A DNA stretch of 64,000 bases from positions 257,549 to 321,548 of the forward strand of contig CANGMI010000002.1 in assembly GCA_947455195.1 (NCBI GenBank). Direction: 5' to 3'. This stretch comes from Pseudomonadota bacterium. GTDB taxonomy: Bacteria > Pseudomonadota > Gammaproteobacteria > Burkholderiales > SG8-39. Both the position numbers and the translations under genes were made by a program. Positions 32,332 to 41,514 of this stretch are shown in pieces. Position 1 is the stretch's first letter. The number at the start of each line of letters is the position of its first letter. A model generated the notes under the pieces. That model ran no database searches. It was not told the origin of the DNA and saw nothing but the letters and a program-made list of their open reading frames with translations.

Positions 32332-33098
32332 AGTTCCTGCACGGATTCCACGCGGTTGGCGCGCGGCTTCGCAGTGCGCCCGAGTCCATTCAGTCGCTCT
32401 ACGTCGATGGCGAGCGGGATGACCCGCGCATGCGGGCTTTCCTGCAAGATGCCGAGCGCTCTCGGGTCCGTGTCATCGTGGCGGCGGCGGGCCGACTGGA
32501 TGGCATGGTGCGTAGCGGGCGGCACCAGGGCGTCGTGGCCGAAGTGGATGACAGCCCGGCGCGCTGGGGGTCGCTCGAAGATCTCCTCGATACGCTCGAC
32601 GCGCGGCAGGAACCGGCGTTTCTCGTGCTGCTCGATGGGGTTCAGGATCCGCATAATCTGGGGGCCATCCTGCGCACGGCCGATGGGGCCGGCGTCGATG
32701 CGGTGATCGCGCCGCGCGATCGCGCGGCGGGAGTTTCTGCCGCCGTTGCCCGGGTTTCGGCGGGAGCCTCCGATCACGTGCCGTTCTTTTCGGTTCCCAA
32801 CCTGGCTCGCGAGATGCGCGCGCTGCGCGATCGTGGCTTGTGGCTGGTCGGGCTTGATGATGAGGCACCGATCGCTTATCACGGCATCGATCTGGTGCGT
32901 CCGATGGGTTTCGTCATGGGGGCCGAGGGGGCAGGGCTGCGCCGGCTGACCCGTGAGCATTGTGATGAGATGGTCAGCATCCCGATGCGGGGTGCGGTCG
33001 AGAGCCTCAACGTCTCGGTGGCCACCGCCGTCTGCCTTTATGAGGCGCGGCGCCAGCGAGATGCTGCGCCCAAGGTTGACAGCCCCGGGGCTGGCTGA
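32328..33098 (+). CDS. rlmB: 23S rRNA (guanosine2251-2'-O)-methyltransferase
   Basis: 256 aa SpoU/TrmH family protein ([24 protein letters not shown]). Its start overlaps the rnr stop (ATGA). Confidence 0.92.
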   Translation: MKFLHGFHAVGARLRSAPESIQSLYVDGERDDPRMRAFLQDAERSRVRVIVAAAGRLDGMVRSGRHQGVVAEVDDSPARWGSLEDLLDTLDARQEPAFLVLLDGVQDPHNLGAILRTADGAGVDAVIAPRDRAAGVSAAVARVSAGASDHVPFFSVPNLAREMRALRDRGLWLVGLDDEAPIAYHGIDLVRPMGFVMGAEGAGLRRLTREHCDEMVSIPMRGAVESLNVSVATAVCLYEARRQRDAAPKVDSPGAG

Positions 33099-33160
33099 CC
33101 CCGGATCGCTCCCCGAACGTCGGGTGCGAATCGGGATTGAAATGCGCCTCTTGCCCCGGG

Positions 33161-33189
33161 TGTTGAAAAGCCCCCGGCTGGGTTACAAT
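33161..33189 (+). promoter_or_regulatory. candidate sigma70 promoter of the rpsF operon
   Basis: tgTTGAAA at 33161-33168 and TACAAT at 33184-33189, with a 15-17 nt spacer depending on the -35 register. This would leave a leader of about 125 nt before GTG 33320. Confidence 0.35.
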
Positions 33190-33319
33190 GGCGGGCTCTG
33201 CGTTTGCCCTGGGGCGGGCGTGGAAATCCAGCGCGAGATTCCGATCTTGCGTCCTTGCTGCACCGGCGGCGCTCGAGCCAGGCCTGTCCGGGTAGCTTCA
33301 ACCAGAAGGAGCCTCATTC

Positions 33320-33721
33320 GTGCGGCATTACGAAATCACGCTCATCATCCATCCGGATCAGAGCGAGCAGGTGCCGGCCATGATCGAACGCTATCGCAAT
33401 TCGATCACCGGCCGCAGCGGTGTCATTCATCGCTTCGAAGACTGGGGTCGGCGTCAGCTGACCTACCCGATCGCCAAGGTGCACAAGGCGCATTACGTGC
33501 TCATGAACATCGAGTGCGATCAGCAGACGCTCGACGAACTCGAGCACGCCTTCAAGTTCAACGACGCGGTGCTGCGCCACCTCACCATCAAGATGACCGG
33601 GGCGGTAACGACCCCCTCGCCGATGATGAAGGAAGAGAAAGCGCGCTCGGTGCTGTCGCCGTCGGCCGGTGGTGCCGAGGATTCGTCGTCGGCCGCTTCT
33701 GCGGTCGCTGAAGCCAGCTGA
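33320..33721 (+). CDS. rpsF: 30S ribosomal protein S6
   Basis: [25 protein letters not shown]..., GTG start preceded by AAGGAG, acidic C-terminal tail. Confidence 0.97.
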   Translation: MRHYEITLIIHPDQSEQVPAMIERYRNSITGRSGVIHRFEDWGRRQLTYPIAKVHKAHYVLMNIECDQQTLDELEHAFKFNDAVLRHLTIKMTGAVTTPSPMMKEEKARSVLSPSAGGAEDSSSAASAVAEAS

Positions 33722-34038
33722 ACCGGGTCAGTCTGTCCGGACGGATCGCGCTGCGCGAACCGCTCAGATTCACACCGGCAGGCATTCCCATTTCGACCGG
33801 TCGACTGCAGCACGAGTCAGAACAGGTCGAAGACGGGCATCCCCGACGGGTGGTGATGGAAGTCGAGTGGTTGATGGCAGGGCAGGCAGCCCGATTGCTC
33901 GCAGCGGCCCCGCTCGGGGCGCTGGTTCGAGCCGACGGGTTCCTCGCTCAGAAAGCGCGGATGCGGCAGCAACTGGTCTTGCACATAACCGAATTTGAAT
34001 TGCACGGAGAAGATGATGGCGACACGATCGGGCGGTAA
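33718..34038 (+). CDS. priB: primosomal replication protein N (PriB); start codon uncertain, CTG 33718 proposed
   Basis: The full-length gene is not in the ORF track. Frame 1 reads [40 protein letters not shown]...[23 protein letters not shown]. This is PriB-like and in the canonical rpsF-priB-rpsR position. There is no ATG, GTG or TTG between the in-frame stop at 33709 and GTG 33850. Confidence 0.75.
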   Translation: MNRVSLSGRIALREPLRFTPAGIPISTGRLQHESEQVEDGHPRRVVMEVEWLMAGQAARLLAAAPLGALVRADGFLAQKARMRQQLVLHITEFELHGEDDGDTIGR

Positions 34039-34300
34039 GGGCAGGAACGCTCGCAACAAGGACGGCCGTACGCGTGACCGTTCACTGTTCAAGCGGCGCA
34101 AGTTCTGCCGGTTCACGGCAGAGGGCATCAAGTGGGTCGATTACAAGGATATCGACATCCTCAAGGATTTCATCGGCGAGAACGGCAAGCTCATTCCCGC
34201 TCGCATCACCGGCACCAAGGCCGGCTACCAGCGGCAGTTGTCGGTGGCCGTCAAGCGGGCGCGTTTCCTCGCGCTGCTGCCCTACACCGACCTGCACTGA
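34016..34300 (+). CDS. rpsR: 30S ribosomal protein S18
   Basis: [75 protein letters not shown] at 34006-34010 lies before ATG 34013 and ATG 34016. Confidence 0.95.
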   Translation: MATRSGGKGRNARNKDGRTRDRSLFKRRKFCRFTAEGIKWVDYKDIDILKDFIGENGKLIPARITGTKAGYQRQLSVAVKRARFLALLPYTDLH

Positions 34301-34312
34301 GAGGACTCGACC

Positions 34313-34762
34313 ATGCAAATCATTCTGATGGAAAAGGTCGTCAATCTGGGTGGGTTGGGCGATGTCGTTCGCGTCAAGGACGGCTACGCGCGCAACTTCC
34401 TGATCCCGACCGGCAAGGCACGGCGTGCCACGGCCGCAAACCTCGCCGAGTTCGAGAAGCGTCGCGCCGAACTCGAGAAGGCTCAGGCGGACGCGCTCGC
34501 CGCCGCTCAGGCTCAGGCCGCGAGGCTCGAAGGTCTGTCGGTCAAGGTCAGTCGCAAGGCGGGTGTGGATGGCCGCCTTTTCGGTTCTGTGAGCAACTTC
34601 GACATCGCCGAGGCCCTGCATTCGCAAGGGCATCCGGTCGAGCGTTCCTCGATCCGTCTGCCGGATGGTCCGCTGAAAGCGGTCGGCGAGTTCCCGCTGG
34701 TCGTGCAGTTGCACACCGACGTGCTGGCCACCATCACGGTGACCGTGGTCGGAGAGCAGTAG
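34313..34762 (+). CDS. rplI: 50S ribosomal protein L9
   Basis: [36 protein letters not shown]..., 149 aa. Confidence 0.97.
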   Translation: MQIILMEKVVNLGGLGDVVRVKDGYARNFLIPTGKARRATAANLAEFEKRRAELEKAQADALAAAQAQAARLEGLSVKVSRKAGVDGRLFGSVSNFDIAEALHSQGHPVERSSIRLPDGPLKAVGEFPLVVQLHTDVLATITVTVVGEQ

Positions 34763-34790
34763 GCGGCCATGCCGCAGGCCCGGCATTCGC

Positions 34791-36224
34791 ATGGCTGACT
34801 TCGACCCGGATGGCGACGCCGGGTCGGGGATGAGTGCGGCCGGCGACCCTCAGGTCGCCGCGCTGCGCGTACCCCCAAACTCGCTGGAGGCGGAGCAGGC
34901 CGTGCTGGGGGGCCTGCTGCTCGACAACACCGCCTGGGACCGCATCGCTGATGTGGTGACGCCCAATGATTTCTATCGCGACGATCATCGCCGGATCTTT
35001 CATCACATTGGTCGTCTGATCGAACAGAGCCGTCCGGCCGATGTCGTGACGCTCGCCGAGGCCATCGACAACAGCGAAGATCGCGACCGTACCGGCGGCC
35101 TGGCCTACCTGGGCATGCTCTCCCAGAGCACGCCGTCAGCGCACAACATCCGACGCTATGCCGAGATCGTGCGCGAGCGCTCGGTCATGCGGCGCCTCAT
35201 ATCGGTCGCAAACGAGATATCCGACGGCGCATTCAACCCCCAGGGGCGCGACGCGAGCCAGTTGCTCGACGAGGCCGAGTCGCGCATCTTCGAGATTGCC
35301 GAGGCCGGGGCTCGTGGCAAGGCCGGCTTCGTGGCGATCCAGCCGCTGCTGACACAGGTGATGGATCGGATTGATGCCCTGTTTCATCGGCAGAATGCAT
35401 CGGATGTGACCGGTGTGCCGACCGGGTTTGCCGACCTCGACCAGATGACCGCCGGGCTCCAGGAGGGCGACCTGATCATCGTCGCCGGAAGGCCGAGCAT
35501 GGGCAAGACGGCGTTCTCGCTGAATATCGCCGAGAACGTCGCTGTCGACACCAAGCTGCCGGTGGCTGTGTTCAGCATGGAAATGGGCGGCACGCAGCTG
35601 GCGATGCGGATGATCGGTTCGATCGGTCGGCTGGACCAGTCGCGTCTTCGCACGGCCCGTCTCACCAACGATGACTGGGCGCGGCTCAGCCATGCCGTGG
35701 CCAAGCTCAACGAGGCGCCGATTCATATCGATGAGACGCCAGCACTCAACTCCTTCGAACTGAAGGCGCGGGCGCGGCGGCTTCATCGCCAGTACGGCAA
35801 GCTCGGGCTCATCGTGATCGACTACCTGCAACTGATGTCGTCGGTGAAGAGTGGGGAGAACCGGGCGACCGAGATCTCGGAGATCTCGCGCTCGCTCAAG
35901 GCACTGGCCAAGGAACTCTCGGTGCCGGTCATCGCGCTCTCGCAGCTCAATCGAAGCCTCGAACAGCGGCCGAACAAGCGCCCGGTGATGTCCGATCTGC
36001 GCGAGAGCGGCGCCATCGAGCAGGATGCCGACGTCATCCTCTTCATCTATCGCGATGAAGTCTACAACCCCGATTCACCCGACAAGGGCAAGGCCGAGAT
36101 CATCATCGGCAAGCAGCGTAATGGTCCTATCGGCACCGTACCGCTCACCTTTCTCGGGCAGTACACCCGGTTCGAGAATTTTGCGGGTGGGGGCGGAGCC
36201 AGCAGCGGTGGTGCCGACTATTAG
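34791..36224 (+). CDS. dnaB: replicative DNA helicase
   Basis: 477 aa with PPNSLEAEQAVLGGLL, Walker A GRPSMGKT and SQLNRSLEQR. Confidence 0.97.
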   Translation: MADFDPDGDAGSGMSAAGDPQVAALRVPPNSLEAEQAVLGGLLLDNTAWDRIADVVTPNDFYRDDHRRIFHHIGRLIEQSRPADVVTLAEAIDNSEDRDRTGGLAYLGMLSQSTPSAHNIRRYAEIVRERSVMRRLISVANEISDGAFNPQGRDASQLLDEAESRIFEIAEAGARGKAGFVAIQPLLTQVMDRIDALFHRQNASDVTGVPTGFADLDQMTAGLQEGDLIIVAGRPSMGKTAFSLNIAENVAVDTKLPVAVFSMEMGGTQLAMRMIGSIGRLDQSRLRTARLTNDDWARLSHAVAKLNEAPIHIDETPALNSFELKARARRLHRQYGKLGLIVIDYLQLMSSVKSGENRATEISEISRSLKALAKELSVPVIALSQLNRSLEQRPNKRPVMSDLRESGAIEQDADVILFIYRDEVYNPDSPDKGKAEIIIGKQRNGPIGTVPLTFLGQYTRFENFAGGGGASSGGADY

Positions 36225-36267
36225 TGCGCTCGACCTCGTGCGACAATGGGACGATGCGAGGCGCGCA

Positions 36268-37260
36268 ATGTTGTTCAATAGATCGATGATTCAACGCATC
36301 CTTCCGCGGATATTCGTGTGGGCTCTGGTCGCGGCACTTGGCCAGGCCGGCCTCGCGATGGCCGGCGAGACGCTGATCGTGCTCAATTCGGGCGATGCGA
36401 CGCTCTCGCTCATCGATCGCGAGACGCGCAAGACGATCGGTCTGGTGAACACCGGCAAGGAACCGCATCACCTGATGGCGACGCCTGATGATCGTTCGCT
36501 CATCGTTGCCAGTTCGGCTGCCAATGAACTGCTTTTCGTCGACCCACGCACTGGCGAAGTCCAGCGGCGCATTCGTGATATCGCCGACCCTTACCAGATC
36601 GGCTACTCGCCCGACCGCAAGTGGTTCGTCGCCAATGCCTTCCGGCTCAATCACGTCGATCTGTACTCGGCGGCCGATTTCGCGCTTGTGAAGCGTATTC
36701 CGCTGGGCAAACTGCCCAGCCACCTTGCCTTCGATCGGGCCAGCCGGTTTGTCTTCGTCACCTTGCAAGACTCGCGCAAGCTCGCCGCGATCGATCTGGC
36801 CACTCAGACCGTGGCCTGGGAGCTCGAGGTCGGCGATACGCCGGCCGGTGTCTGGATGACGCCCGATGACCGCTACCTGCTTGTCGGCGTGATGGGTTCG
36901 GGAGACGTGGCCGTCGTCGACTGGCGCACGCGGGAGGTGGTCAAGCGTATCGCCACCGACCGAGGTGCGCACAATTTTCAGGCGTTGGGCGATGGACGTC
37001 ATGTCTTCGTTTCCAACCGGTCGGCCAATACGGTGTCGCTGATCGACCAGCAGACCCTCTCGGTGGTGAAGAGTTTCAAGACCCCGAGCGGGCCCGATTG
37101 CATGGAGGTCAGTGCCGACCGCAAGGAGCTCTGGCTCACTGCGCGGTGGGCACGCAAGGTGGCGGTCATCGATATCGAGACCGGGCAGCTGAAATTCACC
37201 ATCCCGGTCGGGCGCTCCCCGCATGGCCTGTTCTTCATGAGTCATGCGCCACGGGTCTAG
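36268..37260 (+). CDS. secreted YVTN/YncE-like beta-propeller repeat protein
   Basis: ATG 36268 gives the signal peptide MLFNRSMIQRILPRIFVWALVAALGQAGLAMA. About seven repeats of roughly 40 aa of the form G..P..h..spD.r.l.Vsn....v.viD follow. Confidence 0.75.
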   Translation: MLFNRSMIQRILPRIFVWALVAALGQAGLAMAGETLIVLNSGDATLSLIDRETRKTIGLVNTGKEPHHLMATPDDRSLIVASSAANELLFVDPRTGEVQRRIRDIADPYQIGYSPDRKWFVANAFRLNHVDLYSAADFALVKRIPLGKLPSHLAFDRASRFVFVTLQDSRKLAAIDLATQTVAWELEVGDTPAGVWMTPDDRYLLVGVMGSGDVAVVDWRTREVVKRIATDRGAHNFQALGDGRHVFVSNRSANTVSLIDQQTLSVVKSFKTPSGPDCMEVSADRKELWLTARWARKVAVIDIETGQLKFTIPVGRSPHGLFFMSHAPRV

Positions 37261-37276
37261 GAGGCAGGTGCCCACG

Positions 37277-38113
37277 ATGCCCGGTATCGTGGCGCGTCTG
37301 ATCAACCGACGGTTCCTGAGTTCCCTGGCCTTCATGGCCGCAGCGACCGGTGCGGCCTGCGGTGCAGGGCCTGAGCGGGCGATGGCGCGTTCTGCGGTGC
37401 CACCCGCCGGGCAGGCCTGCCAGGGCCGGCTCTACCTCACCATCGATACGGGCAGCATGTCGCAGGCCGACACGATCGCCCGCATCCTGCGTCGCCATGA
37501 CGTGCGAGCCACGTTCTTCCTTGCCAACGAACCCACACTGCGCGGCGATCAGACCCTCGATGAGAGCTGGGCCGACTTCTGGCGCGAGCGCCTTCGCGAG
37601 GGGCACGTCTTTGGCAGTCACACCTGGCGCCATGGCCAGTTCAGGGAGGATCTGCCCGATGGTCGCGTCCGGTATGTGCTCGCCAATGGCGTCAGCGAAC
37701 GACTCGATCACGACGGAGTATGTGCCGAGATACGGCGGGTTGACGAGCGTTTTCGCGCCATGACCGGGGAGGCACTCGCGCCGTTCTGGCGGGCGCCGGG
37801 TGGACGTACGACCCCGGCCGTGCTCGCTGCGGCGCAGGCCTGCGGCTATACCCATGTGGGCTGGTCGGCTGCCGGCTTCCTCGGCGACGAATTGCCCTCC
37901 GACCGATATCCCAACGCGATGCTCGTCGATAGGGCAGTGGCGCGCCTGCGTGATGGAGATGTCATGATGATGCATACCGGTATCCGGTCGAGGCGTGATC
38001 CGTTCGCGCCGATGCTCGACCCGCTCATCAGCGCTCTCAAGGCGCGTGGTTTCTGTTTTGCGACGCTGCCCGAGCGCGACCCGGGGCAGCCTGTGCCCCA
38101 GGGAGGCTATTGA
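37277..38113 (+). CDS. secreted polysaccharide deacetylase (NodB-homology) family protein
   Basis: Signal peptide, divergent NodB motifs TIDTGS and HTWRH, then a conserved RAPGG. The start is uncertain (ATG 37244, GTG 37268 or ATG 37277). AGGAGG lies at 37259-37264. Confidence 0.72.
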   Translation: MPGIVARLINRRFLSSLAFMAAATGAACGAGPERAMARSAVPPAGQACQGRLYLTIDTGSMSQADTIARILRRHDVRATFFLANEPTLRGDQTLDESWADFWRERLREGHVFGSHTWRHGQFREDLPDGRVRYVLANGVSERLDHDGVCAEIRRVDERFRAMTGEALAPFWRAPGGRTTPAVLAAAQACGYTHVGWSAAGFLGDELPSDRYPNAMLVDRAVARLRDGDVMMMHTGIRSRRDPFAPMLDPLISALKARGFCFATLPERDPGQPVPQGGY

Positions 38114-39069
38114 TGGACGTCTATGCGGGGACCGTGGGCGTGTTGCAGACCTGGCTTTTCGAAGCAGTCGTGCAGCCGGTCCTCTTTGCGACCGGACTCA
38201 TCGGATTGGATGAACTCGCCTTTGGCGCTACCGAGTGGTTCATCCTCGGGGCGCTTCAGGTGTTGCTGCTCTTCATCGTTCTGAGGCCGCTCGAGACCTG
38301 GCGACCGGCCGAGCGCTGGACCGATCGTCAAGGTGTCGGCGTCGATGTCCTCTACACCTTGCTGCACCGTCTCGGGATGGTGCCGCTCGCCTTCTTTGCA
38401 CTCCTCACGCCGATTGCCGACTCGCTCGAGGGCTGGACCCGGCTCCATGGATTCATGCCGTGGAATGTGGAGGATTGGTGGCCCGGTTTCGCCGAGCATC
38501 CGTTCGCGACTTTCATGGCCTATCTTCTGGTGCTCGACTTCTCCGAGTATGCGCGTCACCGCCTGCAGCACCGGCTTGATCTCTGGTGGGCCCTGCATGC
38601 CCTGCATCACAGCCAGAAGCGCATGAGCTTCTGGACCGACGATCGCAATCATCTGCTGGATGACCTGCTGCAGGCGGTCTGGCTCGCCTGTCTTGCTCTC
38701 CTCATCGGCGTCTCGCCGGCGCAGTTCGTCGGCATCGTGATCTTTACCCGATCAATCGAGAGCCTCTCGCATGCCAATGTCGATCTGTCCTTCGGGCGGG
38801 TCGGTGAACGACTCCTCGTGAGTCCGCGGTTCCACCGACTGCACCACGCGGTGGGTACAGGCCATGAGGGGGCTCATCGGGGCTGCAATTTTGGCGTGCT
38901 GTTTCCGATCTGGGACATGCTCTTCGGCACTGCGCGCTGGCAGGGCTCGATCGAGCCTACCGGCGTACGCAATCAGGATCAGGGGGCGGATTACGGACGG
39001 GGCTTTCTCGCCCAGCAGTGGCTCGGAATCGTGCGCGTCGCAGCTGTCCTGCGGGGACGTTCCTTGTAG
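38113..39069 (+). CDS. fatty acid hydroxylase / sterol desaturase superfamily membrane protein
   Basis: Histidine boxes HRLQH, HALHH and HRLHH, with multiple hydrophobic segments. GGGAGG lies 6 nt before ATG 38113, which overlaps the upstream TGA. Confidence 0.85.
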   Translation: MDVYAGTVGVLQTWLFEAVVQPVLFATGLIGLDELAFGATEWFILGALQVLLLFIVLRPLETWRPAERWTDRQGVGVDVLYTLLHRLGMVPLAFFALLTPIADSLEGWTRLHGFMPWNVEDWWPGFAEHPFATFMAYLLVLDFSEYARHRLQHRLDLWWALHALHHSQKRMSFWTDDRNHLLDDLLQAVWLACLALLIGVSPAQFVGIVIFTRSIESLSHANVDLSFGRVGERLLVSPRFHRLHHAVGTGHEGAHRGCNFGVLFPIWDMLFGTARWQGSIEPTGVRNQDQGADYGRGFLAQQWLGIVRVAAVLRGRSL

Positions 39070-39092
39070 CAACTGACTCACGAGGTAAGGCC

Positions 39093-41447
39093 ATGCTTCG
39101 ATACGTTTCCGACGATCGCGCGCAGGTGAGATCGGAACTGGCGCCGGCGTTGCGCTGTGGTGCGCTGCGCCGTCTTGCAGGGATCAGGCAGATCATCGAT
39201 GCTGCCGGCCTGTCGAAGGCGCGCGCGGTCATCAGCGTGCTGTGCGTCGCTGCGGCTGCCTCGGCCGCTGCGCCCGCTGCTGACCTGTCCGGTGTCGGCA
39301 CGCCGGACTCGGGTGCGTCCGTGTCGCGTCCGCGACTGGGGCTGGTGCTTGGCGGCGGCGGTGCCCGGGGCATGGCGCACATCGGCGTACTCAAGGTGCT
39401 CGAGGAACTGCGAGTGCCGGTCGATGTGGTGACCGGAACCTCGATGGGCTCGATCGTTGGCGGTGTATTCGCAACCGGCATGACCGCCACCGAAATGGAG
39501 CGCCGGGTGCTGGCCGTCGACTGGAATGAGGTGTTCGACGACCGCATCGACCGGGCCAATCTGTCGATGCGTCGCAAGGAGGACAGTCGCGCGGCGCTGT
39601 TCCGGCCGGAATTCGGTCTGCGCGACGGCAAGATCCAGTTGCCCGTTGGTGCCATCACCGGGCGGCGGCTCGATCTCCTGCTGCATGACCTCACCCTGCC
39701 TGCGACCCGCCAGGCCTCATTCGATGATCTGCCCATCCCCTTTCGCGCGATCGCCACCGATCTGGTGAGCGGTGACATGGTGGTGCAGCGCAGCGGCTTC
39801 CTGTCGCAGGCGGTACGCGCCAGCATGTCAGTGCCAGGCGCCTTCGATCCGGTCGAGATCGACGGGCGGCTTCTTGTCGATGGTGGGCTGGTGCGCAATG
39901 TGCCGGTCGACATCGCACGCGACATGGGGGCCGAGGTTGTCATTGCCGTCGACGTGGGTGCCCTCAATCGCGCTCGCGCGGAGCTCGATTCGCTCACCGC
40001 AGTCCTTGACCAGATGGTCAACATCAACATCCGCCGCAATGCCGATGCGTCGCTGGCCACCCTGGCGGGTCGCGACGTGAGGATCACGCCCGACCTGGGC
40101 ACGGTAGGCTCAGCCGATTTTCCTCGTGCCGCCGAGGCCATTGCGGCAGGCGAGAAGGCTGCGCGCGCCGTCGCCGATCAGCTGAGGACGTTCTCGGTCA
40201 GTCCCGATGCCTACGCCCGCTGGCAGCGATCACTCGAGCGTCCGGCGCAGGGCGCGGAGCGCTACGAGTTCGTCGAGATCGCGGGGCCGCAGCGGGTAAA
40301 CCCCAAGGCCCTCCTGTCCACGATGGCGACCCGGCCTGGCGAGATCGTCACGGCTCAGCAGCTCAATGCAGACCTTGAACGACTCCAGGCCCGTGGCGAG
40401 TTCGAGCATGTCGAGGCACGCACCATCGAGGATGATCGCGGCCAGGGACTGCGCATGAAGTTCACCGAAAAGCGCTGGGGTCCCAACATCATGAAGCTCG
40501 GCCTGTCGCTCAATTCGGATGCGCAAGGTGACTCGGCTTACGAACTGGGGGCCCGGTACACCCGCGCCTGGATCAATGATCTCGGCGGAGAACTGCGCGC
40601 CGAAGCATCCTATGGGCGATTGCGGCGGGCGTATGGCGAGCTCTACCAGCCGCTCGATCTCGACGGCCTGATCTACGTGCGTCCCTATGCAGGTGCCCAG
40701 CGCAACATCGTGAACCTCTTTCAGGGCCATCAGCGCATCGCCGTGTATGACGTACAGGACGCATTCACCGGCTTCGATGTCGGGCACCAGCTGTTCAAGT
40801 GGGCGGATGTGAGCGTCGGTGCGCGATATTCGGCGTCGCGTGCAGTACCCGTCATCGGACTGCCCAATTACCCCACCGTACAGACGCCGTATGGTGGCTA
40901 TACCTGGCGGGCGGTGTATGACCAGTTCGACAATTTCTTCTTTCCGACCACTGGCACCTTTGTCGAAGCAAAGGGTCTGCTTGCTCGACCCTCGTTCGGG
41001 TCGAACGAGAGCACGAACCTTGCGCAGATCAGCGCCAATCATGCCTGGAGCGCGGGGCGTTCCAGTTGGGTGGCGGGCTTCGAGGCAGGCCGCGTCTACA
41101 ACGAAGATCCCAACTCGCTGCAAAGTCTCACGCTGGGCGGACTGTTCAGGCTCTCGGGGCTGCGAACCGAGGAACTGCGCGGGCCGAAGATGGTGCTCGG
41201 GCGTGTGATCTACAGCTACCGACTGGACCAGTTGCCCGCGATGCTTGGCGGCAACGTGTTCGTGGGGGGCTCGGCCGAGGCAGGCAATGTCTGGCGCCAG
41301 AACGAGCCGATGAGCACCTCGAACCTGATCTTCTCGGGTTCGGTCTACTTCGGCGCCGATACGGCCGCGGGACCGCTCTACCTTGCCTTCGGCAAAGCTG
41401 CAGGCAACGACATGAGCCTGTACGTCTATCTCGGCCGACCCTTCTGA
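39093..41447 (+). CDS. patatin-like phospholipase fused to a POTRA/Omp85 beta-barrel (PlpD-like, type Vd architecture)
   Basis: Signal peptide, oxyanion motif GGGGARG, nucleophile GTSMG and catalytic DGG (VDGGLVRNVP). The C-terminal roughly 450 aa is rich in beta-strand Omp85-like sequence and ends ...YVYLGRPF. Confidence 0.85.
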   Translation: MLRYVSDDRAQVRSELAPALRCGALRRLAGIRQIIDAAGLSKARAVISVLCVAAAASAAAPAADLSGVGTPDSGASVSRPRLGLVLGGGGARGMAHIGVLKVLEELRVPVDVVTGTSMGSIVGGVFATGMTATEMERRVLAVDWNEVFDDRIDRANLSMRRKEDSRAALFRPEFGLRDGKIQLPVGAITGRRLDLLLHDLTLPATRQASFDDLPIPFRAIATDLVSGDMVVQRSGFLSQAVRASMSVPGAFDPVEIDGRLLVDGGLVRNVPVDIARDMGAEVVIAVDVGALNRARAELDSLTAVLDQMVNINIRRNADASLATLAGRDVRITPDLGTVGSADFPRAAEAIAAGEKAARAVADQLRTFSVSPDAYARWQRSLERPAQGAERYEFVEIAGPQRVNPKALLSTMATRPGEIVTAQQLNADLERLQARGEFEHVEARTIEDDRGQGLRMKFTEKRWGPNIMKLGLSLNSDAQGDSAYELGARYTRAWINDLGGELRAEASYGRLRRAYGELYQPLDLDGLIYVRPYAGAQRNIVNLFQGHQRIAVYDVQDAFTGFDVGHQLFKWADVSVGARYSASRAVPVIGLPNYPTVQTPYGGYTWRAVYDQFDNFFFPTTGTFVEAKGLLARPSFGSNESTNLAQISANHAWSAGRSSWVAGFEAGRVYNEDPNSLQSLTLGGLFRLSGLRTEELRGPKMVLGRVIYSYRLDQLPAMLGGNVFVGGSAEAGNVWRQNEPMSTSNLIFSGSVYFGADTAAGPLYLAFGKAAGNDMSLYVYLGRPF

Positions 41448-41475
41448 ACCACGAAGACCGCGCGTTCGAGGGGTT

Positions 41476-41507
41476 GCCGGTGCACGGGGGGCTCCCCGTG
41501 CACCGGC
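41476..41507. terminator. perfect 14-bp GC-rich stem-loop between convergent genes (possible bidirectional terminator, no U-tract)
   Basis: GCCGGTGCACGGGG-ggct-CCCCGTGCACCGGC lies between the patatin-Omp85 stop (41447) and the phoH-like stop (41515). Confidence 0.5.
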
Positions 41508-41514
41508 TGTCGGC

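Noticed and set aside
33669-33998. 109-aa ORF filling the rpsF-rpsR gap
   Set aside because: It is an Arg-rich sequence in the wrong frame that overlaps the rpsF 3-prime end. The PriB homology lies in a different frame (see the priB finding).
39093-41447. Patatin phospholipase as a CBASS CapV-like defence effector
   Set aside because: It has a signal peptide and a C-terminal Omp85-type barrel (PlpD/type Vd architecture). No cyclase, CD-NTase or other defence partner is nearby.
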